DNA of 64,000 nt, from positions 64,001 to 128,000 of the IMG/VR virus record IMGVR_UViG_3300031555_003801; one strand, 5' to 3'. The notes under the pieces are model-generated. The model was not told the origin of the DNA. It saw only the letters and a list, made by a program, of their open reading frames with translations, and did not search any database. The number at the start of each line of letters is the position of its first letter. Positions within the stretch are counted from its first letter, which is position 1. This stretch comes from a virus. Taxonomy: Duplodnaviria; Heunggongvirae; Uroviricota; Caudoviricetes. Both the position numbers and the translations under genes were made by a program. This document shows positions 8,427-19,800 of the stretch, piece by piece.

Positions 8427-11400
8427 TTATCTAATTCTAATCCAAATACGATTATTTACTTTTATTTGACTTTGTCCCCAAGTTTCATAATCTGGAATTT
8501 CAGAAACTGTACCAATAATACGATGAGGGTATTTACAAATTTCTTCTTCTGTCATTTTAGAAACTGTACCATTAGGACCTGCACAAACTGCATCACCTGC
8601 TTGATAGCTATTTCTATCTTCATAAGGATATGCAAGTACACGACCTGTTGCCGCAATTGGTGTTTGACACTCATCAGTTTCACCAATAGCAAATCCAAAA
8701 GTATCAGAAACTATTTCTGCTCCTGGCTGAAGTCTTTCAGTTGAAAGAACTAAATCCCCTTTACCAGTTTCAACAACTACTCTACCTGGCTCTATTTTTT
8801 CTTCTGTTTTTCTAAATTCAGCATAGTCATTCCATGCTGCTCCATAAAGAACTCCAGTAGAACCTTGGAAATATACTCCTGCAGTATTTGAAGAACCTGA
8901 AGTATTATAAGCACGATAAAGTGCTGAATTACCAGCTGATGTAAGAGAAGAACCTACAACATAGTATTTAGTAGCTGCAGTAGTATTATTTACATAAACA
9001 TTAGTAGCATTAGTAGCATTGGTAATAGATAAATTACTTAATTTAGTATCAATTTCTGTTTTAGTATATGCTCCAATAGCAGTAGGAGTAACATCTATTG
9101 TTTTAGCTGTAGAACCATTGAATGTAAATAAATTAGTTCCTTCAGTTGTACCGCTATTTAATTTAATAATTAAATTAGTATTAACTTTTTCTGCACTTGT
9201 TGCAGAACCTCCAACAGAAGATGAACCTGCATATGTTGTAGTATTAGGTAATTTAGCATTTAATTGAGTTTGAATATTAGAAGTAACTCCATCAATATAA
9301 TTTAATTCAGTAGTTGTTGCAGTAACTCCATCTAATTTATTTAATTCTGCTGCAGTGGCAGTAATTCCTAAATTAGTTAATACTCCTGTTGCAGTAGTAG
9401 CACCAGTACCACCATTAGCAATTGGTAAAGTTCCTGTTACACCTGGAGATACATTAACAGAGCCATTAAAACTAGCTGCTGTTGTACTTGCTAAATTAAC
9501 ATGAATAGTTCTTGCTGTTTCTAAAATAGTTGCTTTAGCAGCAACTCCACTAATACCAACATCTAATGTATCATTACAAGCATAGAGTCTTCCTGCTGAT
9601 AAATATACTGGTTTCGTAGCAGAACCAAGTGCAGCAGCACTACCAGTAACAACTCTATCACCTTTCCAGAATAAATTACCAGAACCTCCACCAATAGATA
9701 GACCATTTCTATAATTTTTTACTCCATAAGTAGTAGTATTTTTTTCCATGGATATAATAATAAATGTTCCATCATTCTAATCATGCGCAAAACCAGTATA
9801 AGGACTATTACTACTCATTGTTGCCCATTGTATATATGGTTGATTTTTTTGCGATGTCTAAGTATTAGATAATAAAAGATTGCCCTATAATGCTGCACCG
9901 CTTGAAGCGATTATCTATTTACTAAAAGTATTTGTACCACTAAAAGTCTAATTTACTTCTAAAGCAGCCATAGTATTAGCAACTGCTGTAATTACTCCGG
10001 CTTTTAAATAAGTAGGTTTTAAATCTCCACCTACTGTAGCAGTAGAAGCTGCTAAAGTTCCTAATGTCATGTACATTGGCTATGTTGCAGAACCTACTGA
10101 TGCATCTGAAGCAGTAACAGTTCCATTATTTACATAAACTGGATTAGTTTTTCCACCTATCGTTCTTTGTGCAGAAGGCGTAATAACTGCACCATCTATA
10201 TTAGTTTGCGCAACAGTCCAATTACTATTATTTGCAGTAGTACCATCTTTAATAGCAATAATTAAATCACCAATTTCACAAACTTGTCCTGCATAAGTTC
10301 CAGCAGTAATAACTCTATAAGTATCACCGGCACTATAAGTTGAAGGAAGAGTTGTTATAGTACCACCTGTTCCAATAGTACCTTTAAATACCATAGCATC
10401 ATTTGCTGCAAAACTTGCTGAAATCGCAGTAGCTACAGCTTTAGAAGTTGGAACAGTAGTATTATTTGTACTGCCTAAAGGAGACGTTGTTGTAAAACTA
10501 TAAGTAGCAAGTTGATTTAATTGAGTAGCAGTTGCTGTTAAACCAAAATTCTTTAAAGCATTAGCTGCTGTAGTTGCTCCAGTACCACCTTGCGCAATTG
10601 GTAAAGTACCAAAAACAGCCTAACCATTTGCTGAAGTAGCATAAAAAGCACCATTAGCAGTTGGAGTAGAACTAAAAGAATTACTATCTGCAACACTACT
10701 AAAACAAATAATAGCATTTTGAGTAATAGTAAAAGCTTTACCAGTTCCGCCAAGACTTAATGGTAAAACAGTATTAATTGTTGTTGCTGGACCATTAAAT
10801 TTAGTCGCTGTTACTTCTCCTGGAAAAGTGGCATCTCCTTTATAGTCATAACTATATAAATGACCTGTTTTCGCCATTGTAGAAGGATAATTCCAGTAAG
10901 TTTCACCAATACCAATAATATCTAATAAAGTTAAATTACTATTATAAGAAGAACTAACTCCTGTAATACCAAAAGTTAAACGAATAACACCAATATTTGA
11001 TGTTTGATTTGTACTACCTCCAAAAGGTATACCTCCGATAGGAATTGAGTTCCATCCAGACCATCCATTGATAGGATATGTTCCCACTGCTGTAAAAGTA
11101 GTTGGCGCTCCTTTAGTTGCTTTTTCAACTAAAACAGTACATCCAGAAGCTCCGTAAGTGGATATATTTAATAATAATTTTCTTAATCTAGTATAAACAC
11201 TCATATCAGTAGCAGTAAGCGTTACTCTTAATTTATCTTGTATAGTAATACCAGTAGTTTTTGCGCCAATGTAAAAAGTATTTCCAATACCACTAACTAA
11301 ATTAATTTTATCACCATCTGTAACGCCTGGATAAGTAGCATATGTTGAACCATTATCGGTTGAATATTCAATTAAAATACCTGCTGGTTTAGCTAAAGCA

Positions 11401-11888
11401 AATCTATTTGCACTATGAAGATTAGATATTGCAGCATCAACTGGAGATATACTTCCAGAAATATTTGTATTACTCCAATTAATAAAAGTATCTTCAATTC
11501 CTGTACATGCCTAAAATACGCCATCATTTAATCTAATTGGAACTTGAGAACCTCCTACATCTGCGGTTGAAGCTACTGGAACACCATTAGAAAAATAAAT
11601 TGGCTATGTTGCAGAGCCTTTTGTTAAAGAACCTAATTTATTTGCAGAAGTAGCATTATCAGCTAATTCTGCTTTATAAATACTTAATTCTTCTACCTAA
11701 GGAGAATAAATATCATTAGTCTAATAACCTCTCTATAATTTTGGATAATTATAATTTTTATTAATAAATAATTCCTAATGTTTAGGATAATTAGTTCCAG
11801 AATTAGTCCAAACATCTGTATCCTAAGAACCAAAAGTTCCAGTATATTCAGCAGGTATAATTCTGCTTATTATTTTAATATCACTCAT
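8427..11888 (-). CDS. Tail fibre/spike protein (1153 aa) with shaft repeats and a C-terminal peptidase-G2-type intramolecular chaperone; at least 14 TAG
   Basis: Track ORFs 8427, 10080 and 10620 share one frame; ATG at 11888 follows AAAGGAGG. Repeats GSATxPxY and LPIAxGGTGATTA are present, with WNDYAE at 8817-8834. Confidence 0.8.
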
Positions 11889-11914
11889 ATAATTATTATA
11901 CCTCCTTTGTTACT

Positions 11915-13894
11915 TTATACTGGACACATTGCAGCATTATGAACTACAATACCATTTGCAATATATGTATCATTTGTATCATTATCCATATTTGTTTCAT
12001 TATAATCAACTGTATCCAAATTATAAGTTATCATAGGTTCTTTCGCAATAAATCTTTCTATATCTATAATTGTTTTTAATCCAGAAGTAGTGACTACTTG
12101 ATCTCCAATGTATAAAGGAGGATAACCTTTATGACAGGTGATAGAATGAAAACCATCTTTAGTTAAAATTGGATGATATTCATTCATTACTAAACTAGTT
12201 CCATCTTCTATTGTAACTTTAGCAATATAAACAGTATGTTTTTTAATTATTAAATTTTTACATATTGCTTCATAAAATTCTTTTGTATCAATATTATAAG
12301 AAATAACTTTATCTCCAGATTTAAAATCTTCAATATTTTTTGTATTTCCTTCAAAATCATATTGAACCTATGTTCCTGCTTCAAAACAACATTCTTCTAT
12401 ATTAATAGTCCATTCACCACCATCAGCAATTAAAACATCGCTATCTCCATGAGAAGTAACCTATTTACTACTATTTACAATTGCTAATTTATTTCCAGTA
12501 GCAGCTGATAAAGTAAGTGTAGAACTTATAGTTGCGTTTGTCGTAACCGCAAGATTTGGAGTAGTTAATATTTTAGTTGAAGGATTATATTTTAAAGTTG
12601 AAGTTTTCTTTACTGTATTTGTTACAGAACTTGTTGCAGTGCTATAAGCTAAAAGAATTGGATATTCACCCGCTGTAGTAATTGCCGCAGCTTGTGTAAC
12701 TTTTGTATCAGAGTTAGAATCATAACTCCAGCTAATAAATACCCAATGAGTACCATTAAATTGATAGGTAATATGTCTATTTGCATAACCACCATAAGAA
12801 CTAGCACTTGTATATTCAGCATTGTTATACCAAATTGGATAAGCGCCAGTATTATTTACATTAAGAGTAGGAGAGGTAGCTGTATTTGTAGCTGTAAATT
12901 TTACAGTAATCATACTACCTTTAGTTAATTGCCAATTAGCATTTCCATCTAAAGATACTACTTTTGCTGCAGTTTCTGCATTAGTAGAGCAAGTACCATA
13001 GGCAATATTTGTTACATTTAATTTGGTTTTGTCTTCCGATGACATTAAACCATTTTCTGTGGTAGTAGCAGTTGCACCTATAAATTTTGTAGCAGTAACA
13101 GTTCCAGTTTGTATACTATTACCATTAAAATCAATAGTATAAGCATTTGAGCGTTTAGAATTAGTACCATTACCAATAATAAAAGCACTTGTTGTATCTG
13201 CTACATTATATTTACCTTGAACATGTTGAGCAGCACCATTGGCGATTGTACCCTAACCTTCTGCATGAGAATATGCTCCAATTGCACTATTAGCAGAATC
13301 ATTAAATATTTCTGCAAAATTACCAACTCCATGATTAGATTCTAATAAAACATAATTAGTTCCATCATAAATAAATGTATAAATTATATTTGCTCGTAAA
13401 ATTGGTAATTTAGTATTAAAATTAATACTCTTAGCACCAGAGCCATTAATATTTAAAGTAGGATTTGCTGCAGTATTAGTATTTAAAAATTTAATATGAA
13501 CTCTAGCTCCTGCTATTAATGTATATCCAGTAATAGTAGTTGTTTTTGCTGCAGTCCCTGCGGCAGTATTACATAAAGCATAGTGAACTACTGCATGAGA
13601 ACTTCCTTGTTGATTAACACCATCATTATTAATTTTTAAGTTAACAGTTTTATTTTCTGAACCAGTATATTCAATTAATTCATTGACTCCGTTCATTTTT
13701 AAAGTTAAATGATAAGGGGTTGGTGTAACAATTGAACGTACACTACCAATAGTATCACCAGTTCCAATAAATAATCTATTACTATTCTAATTGTTTTCTT
13801 CATAAGAAGTTAAATAAAAAGTTCCTTTAGTTCCTTTTAAATCTTCTAAAATCGTCGATGGAGAGCCTAATAAAAAATGTATATTATTAGCCAT
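11915..13894 (-). CDS. Tail fibre/adhesin protein (659 aa) with YadA-like head motif and C-terminal Hint domain; 4 TAG
   Basis: Track ORFs 11915, 12461 and 13253 share one frame. Two copies of Y..C.T.A.TAAK...KF..TNTA..PTLN; AYSHAEG*GTIA; CFEAGT...ANGIVVHN. Confidence 0.85.
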
Positions 13895-13961
13895 TTTTTC
13901 CTCCTTTTTTAATTATTAAAATTATAAATATTTTAATTTATCAATTTTACCCAAATAAAAA

Positions 13962-13990
13962 ATAGGGAAGATTATAAAAATCTCCCCTAT
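13962..13990 (-). terminator. Intrinsic terminator
   Basis: Minus strand reads ATAGGGGAGATT-loop-AATCTTCCCTAT followed by a T run. Confidence 0.75.
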
Positions 13991-13997
13991 ATATTTA

Positions 13998-14615
13998 TTA
14001 TAAATCTGTCCAATAAATAACAGCATTATCTTGCATTTTATCCATGTCAGAATAAATTTGCTCAACAATTGTTGGCTCTATTTTAAAATCTTCTAGCTCC
14101 TCATCAGTAAGATCCATTCCGTGAAGAATTTCTCCTTCTGCCGGTCTAGTGCTCATATTATATAAAAATGTTTTACCATCTGCGGCAAGCTTATAAAAGC
14201 GCACAGTAAATGTAATCATTCCAGAAGCAGCAGTAGCTAAGCCATTTACTGACCAAGGAATTAAAATTACTGGAATTTCGGTTTCTGGATCTTCTTCATC
14301 TTTCTAATATCTTGAGATATCATAATAAGGAACCCAATATAAACCAGGTTTTCCATCCGCATTTACATATTCAATAACGCAAACAGTATTGACTAAATCC
14401 ATATTATCTAAATAACGAGCGCATCTAAAATAAATAATTTCTGCATTATGATCATAACGCACACTTAAAAACTGAGGGACTTCTATTGTGCGTGTTTCTA
14501 AATCAATATCAAAAATTTGATCTTCGGATGATGGGAGTAGTTCTACGATATGTGTATTTTGTTCAAAATTATTTTGAATATCAAATAAAAGATCTTCATA
14601 AGTTATATTAGCCAC
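13998..14615 (-). CDS. Baseplate/fibre adaptor protein with BppU-N-like domain; 1 TAG
   Basis: Two track ORFs joined through TAG 14304. Contains FDIDLETRTIEVP..DHNAEIIYFRCARYLDNMDL..IEYVNA..PWSV..ITFTVRFY. Confidence 0.65.
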
Positions 14616-14644
14616 AATATCTTACTCCTTTCTTTTATTTTATA

Positions 14645-16537
14645 TTAATATGGAATTACACTAATTTCTTCTGAATCAATTTTAGCTATACTATTATTAG
14701 CATGGTTAGTAACTTCGCAATAGTAAGCACCTGAGCCAGTATCAAATACATCTTCTGCTTTTAATTCTGAAGTAGAAGTAATTTTAATTATTGGTGTAGT
14801 TGCTCCTTCAATAGGGAAATCATCATCTTCAGTATCTTTAGTTGTTTTATACCATTGATAAGTAATTTCATCAGAAACAACATTTACAGTTACGTTAATA
14901 CCAATTTCCTTAACTTCATTTTCACTTAATTTAATTAACTTATCTCTTGGAACAACTGATACTGCATGTGCTTCATCTGTTACACGGAAAGTTTCAGTTA
15001 TTAAAGGAGTTTTATCTCCATTTCTAGAAGCATAAGTGCTTAAAATAAATGTTTTATCATAAGTAGGTCTATCTGCCGCAGCAATAGGTCCAATAGTAAC
15101 TATATCTTCAACACCATTTTCAGTTATTTTTGGTTCTTCTCTTAAAGTAGCTCCAGTTTCTTGATCAGACCAAATATAAGTAATCTTATCTCCAGCTTGT
15201 TCAGTGGAACCAGTTGCCTTTAATTCAATACTACCAGCATCTTCTCCCGCTAAGTAAGAATTTTCTTGTCCTTCAGGGAATTCAATCATAAAAGATTCAG
15301 TGTCAGGACCAGGAATACGGACTTTAATACTTTCAAGTTCTTTTTTTGCAACACCTGCTCTATTTACAGTAACTACTCTATAATCTCCAGTTTTATAAGC
15401 AATATAGGAACTTACTCTTTCATAAAGTAATTCTTTTTCTTCTTCTGGAATATCAGTACCAATTAATTCATTAGCAATTTGAACAGGTCTATATCCTTTA
15501 ATAGCAGGTTCTTCTGGATCTAAAACCACATATTTGTAATAAGGATATTCTGCTGAATATTGAGTATCAGTAGTTTTAACATAATCTGCAGTTTTTACAC
15601 CATCAGTTGTATCTAAAGCATCTTCAATTTCAGAACCTAAAGGTTTACGATACCATTGATAAGAAATAACTCCACCATCATCAGAAGTTGCTTGAACTAT
15701 AAATTTATAAGAATCTGCTAATTTTACTTCTGCTTCTGCATCCCATTCACCTTCAATTAAATCAATTGAATTATATGTAACTTCATCTTCTGTGGTTTCA
15801 AATCCAATAGGAAGATTAACAATGTAATAAGGAACTGCGGCCTAAGTAACTGTATCTGGAGTAACACTATCTTTTAATCTATTTTTAATTAAATTTGAAC
15901 TGTCAATAATTTGAACACTTGATTCACCATTTTCATCAAATTTATAATCAATAGATGGATTAATTACGGCACTAGCAGTTAAAGTATTTAAACTAAAGTC
16001 TAGTTTTTGTTCTTCATCAAAATGATAAAAACGAATAGAGAACTTAATTGCTCCTGGATTATTAGTTAATTCAGAATTAACAGCCCAACCAAAAAGCATC
16101 TTTCCTTCCTGCTTTAAGGAAGAAATATCTCTAATCCACTCTTTTGAAATACCTTGAATAGTTTTACCTTTTGAATCTGGAGCAGTTTCCCATTGAATTG
16201 CAATATTAATATCCTTACGATATAAGTCCATAGAATCTGTATATCTATCAACACTGAAATATAAAATTTCAGAAACTTCATCTCCTTGAACAGAAATACC
16301 ATTCTTTGCGAATTCTGTTGGAACTGTAATTTTTCTAGTATTTGTATCAATACTAAATACAGGTTCGTCTAATGGAAGAACTGTATAAATTGGATTAATA
16401 TCTGCTAATGATTTTAAACAAGCAAAATATTCATCAAGTGATGTAATTGCTGATGGATCTTGTAAATATTCTTCACCAGCTCTTTCAAATAAAGCTCTAT
16501 AAAGACCTTTATTATCTTTTGTTACTTTTGTAATCAC
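14645..16537 (-). CDS. Virion protein (630 aa) with BppU-N-like domain and Ig-like domains; 1 TAG
   Basis: ORFs 14645 and 15842 are in frame. Contains FSIDTNTRKITVP..GWAV..GAIKFSIRFY, then ISYQWY and ITYQWY..YYCEVTN (Ig-like strands). Confidence 0.7.
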
Positions 16538-16564
16538 TATACAATCATCCTTTCTTTAAAATTT

Positions 16565-16591
16565 TAGGTAGGAGATTAAATCTCCTACCTA
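16565..16591. other. Perfect hairpin in an intergenic/5'UTR position (terminator-like, but no U-tract on the minus strand)
   Basis: TAGGTAGGAGATT / AATCTCCTACCTA. Confidence 0.6.
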
Positions 16592-16651
16592 AGTTAGTTT
16601 TTATATATTAACTTTTCTCATATTTTTTGAAAAGATTTTATTATTTAATAA

Positions 16652-16873
16652 TCATTCTTGGCCTAAGCAATCTACTTCAATCCATAAATCTAATTCATTT
16701 TCAGGCACAATAACAATTTCTCTTGGTTTATTATTACTGCCTTTTTGAATTAAGCCTTTATTTCTATCAGCAATTAACTTAATTTTTCTAACATAATATA
16801 CATCTTCTAAATGAATTGGTGTTAGAAGAACTCCATTAGTACCAAGATATTCATATAATGTTTGTTTTGTCAT
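16652..16873 (-). CDS. Small hypothetical protein following the giant virion protein (possible fibre assembly factor)
   Basis: Complete 73-aa ORF with GAGG RBS. Confidence 0.65.
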   Translation of the reverse strand: MTKQTLYEYLGTNGVLLTPIHLEDVYYVRKIKLIADRNKGLIQKGSNNKPREIVIVPENELDLWIEVDCLGQE

Positions 16874-16890
16874 AAAAATTTTACCTCGCC

Positions 16891-19800
16891 TTACTAAATA
16901 ATTTGTAAATTTGCGCCCTGGTTTTTAGTATCTAAACACTTCCAAATTTCTATTGGATTGCCAGCGTAGGTTACAATATCATAAATACTGCTATATAAAT
17001 CCGTATAAAAATCTATCGTAACATTTCTATTATCAGTGTCAATTCTAGGCCATTTTCCACCACCGGAAGAAGTAGTACGATTTAAATCTAATTTTGATTT
17101 ATTCTCTTCGCTACCAATAATAATTTTACTTCCTATCATCATATCGTAGTTATAAGCAATTGAATTATAGCTTAATGTAGCTACTTCAGAACCAATTAAA
17201 ATAGTAAATGGATGGGTTTTAGAATAAAAAGCATTTCTAAAAGCTAATTCTTCAATTAAATATAAATTTTTAGGAAGCTATATGGTTGTCATTGCTGATA
17301 ATGTCATTTCAAGAAAACTACCCATACCAATTTTTCTTATAGAATCAATAAAATCAAAATATACTAAAGTTTTACAAGATTGCTTATCATTATCTGTGCT
17401 AGAAGAAAAAGTCCAAGCTTTAATTTCTCTTAATTGACTTCCTTCTTCGAAATAAAGATGAGTTATTTCTTGATTATAAAAAGCTTCCATTGCTACAACT
17501 GGTAAATTATTATATTTTGCTGGAAGGGCAACTTTACCTTTTAATACTACTCCATCAACTGGTCTAATAGAATATCCAGATAAATTATACTAAGTATCTC
17601 CACCATAATTAGGAAGATCAATATAATTATATTCTGTAAATGTAAAATATTTACTATCAATAACATTCTTACGAACATCAGTTATTTCATAAACATTATA
17701 AAAAGTATAATTTTTAACAGCCAAGAAATCTGTTAAATCAACCATCATACTTCCATCTGATTCACTAGAATATCCAATAAATTTATAAACTTTATCATCA
17801 GCTAAATCATCAGAAGGTTTATAAGGTAAATATGTTGTTGGTTCATATAATGGTTTTCCAGATTCTATTAATAATTCAAAATCATAATCATTTTCATCCG
17901 CAGGATTATTATTATAATTTTTAAAACGAACCCAATATTTATGAATTTCAAAAATAGCATAAAAAGTATAAACAGTTTTTGAATTACTAAAAGTTAATTC
18001 TGCGAATTCTTCTTCTGTTAATACATCTTCTTTAGTACCATTTTTATCTGTAGACCATCCAACAAAATCATAATGAAGTTTTTGTGGATTTTCTTTAGTA
18101 GAAATAGATGGATGAGTAGTTGTTTCAGGATCATATTTATGTACATCCCATTCTATTTCTTGACCATTATCTTGAACTTGAATAAATTTAGCAGTATAAG
18201 CAGGTTCAACATTAGCTACAAAAATATTTAAATCTGGGAAATAAATATCTTTATATGTATTTTTTAAAGCATATTCTGAAATAGGATTTGAAGAACTATT
18301 ATTAACAAATATATCTCCAGACATATATGGAATTGTATTTCCACCATCACTTTTTTCATTTGTGCTTCTAAAATAATTTTCCGTACTATTATAAGAAACA
18401 ATAAATTTATCAAGTAAACTTAAATCTGTAATAACATTTGCATTATCATTCAATAAATTTGCAGTATATTCATAGACTTTTCCATTTAAAGTATCTGTTA
18501 CCCAATCTACACTTGGAGTATAAGCTTCAAATGTATAATTATCTGTTAATTTATAATAAACTGCAGAAACAGAAATTTCTTCTCCGTATTCAACCTATCT
18601 ATAAGGACTCCATTGAACATTTTCTAGATTAAGTTTTAAAGTTTTATCATATTCATTACTTAAATTAGTATTAGCTTGCATTTTTTCTTTAATCTGAACA
18701 ATTTTATCTACTAATTTATAAGAATCATAATAAAGCTTTTTACCCCCAATAATATTCATTGAATCTAATTTACTTACTGTTTCATTAGTAATTGTTGTTA
18801 TATCAGTTAATCCTTGAATATATAATCCAGTAGGGAAATTTCCTTTTTCATCTACTACTGGTTTATTAGTTAATAAACCATTTAATTCAACTGGTTCAGT
18901 TAAATTGAAGTAAGAAATAGTATTAGGTAAATATAATGTTTCTAATTGAACACCATCTGCAAAAGTTAAACCAGTTAAATTAGTTCCAAGAGCACGACAA
19001 GTTTTTAATTTTTCAGAACCAGAAATATCCATTTCAGCATTTAAACCAGCTAAATTAGTTAATACAATTGTTTCTAACAATGGTTTTGCTTGCGGATTTT
19101 CTTTACCATCACTCTTTTTAGCCCCCGCATCTAATTCAAAGTTACTATTATTTAATCTTATATTTTTATAACCAGGAGTTTCATTTCCAAGAATTAAATC
19201 TTTTAATCTAATTGCAGAATTAATTCTAAGTTCATCATAATATTTTCTACTTAAATCTCCAAAACTTGAAACGTATTCAAGACCACCAATATACATTAAC
19301 TATTGTGAGAACATTGGAGTATTTAAAACTGAATTCTAAACACTTTCATAAGGTTCAATAACAACTGGATTTTCTCCATCAAAAGGTACTGGTGTTGTTG
19401 GAGTATTTTGGTCATAATAAACACTTACATATTGTTTTAAGTAAGGTTTAATTGTTACAGATGCTTCTGAATCAAGAGGAGAAATACCCCATTCTTGAAT
19501 TGTACCACCATTATCTATAAAAGATTGATAATTCTATCTTAATTGCTCTAAAGCTTCATCTGTCATTTCGTCTGGTTTTACATAATCAGGATTAATGTAA
19601 TCAGGAGCTTCATTAATAAAAGTATCGGAAGTAACAATTGCATCATTTGCATTATAACGAGATTTAAATTGCATTTGAACAGCATTTACAGAATAAGCTC
19701 CTGCCAGCCATTGGCTATCAAGATAATTAAATCTATTTCTTAAAAATAGTTCTCTCTGTAATTCTCTTGTTCCTTGTAAACAATAGAAGAAAGTTTTTGT

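Noticed and set aside
11915-12388. A true splicing intein or mobile homing element
   Set aside because: There is no endonuclease domain, the residue after the terminal Asn is Ala rather than Cys/Ser/Thr, and only six residues follow.
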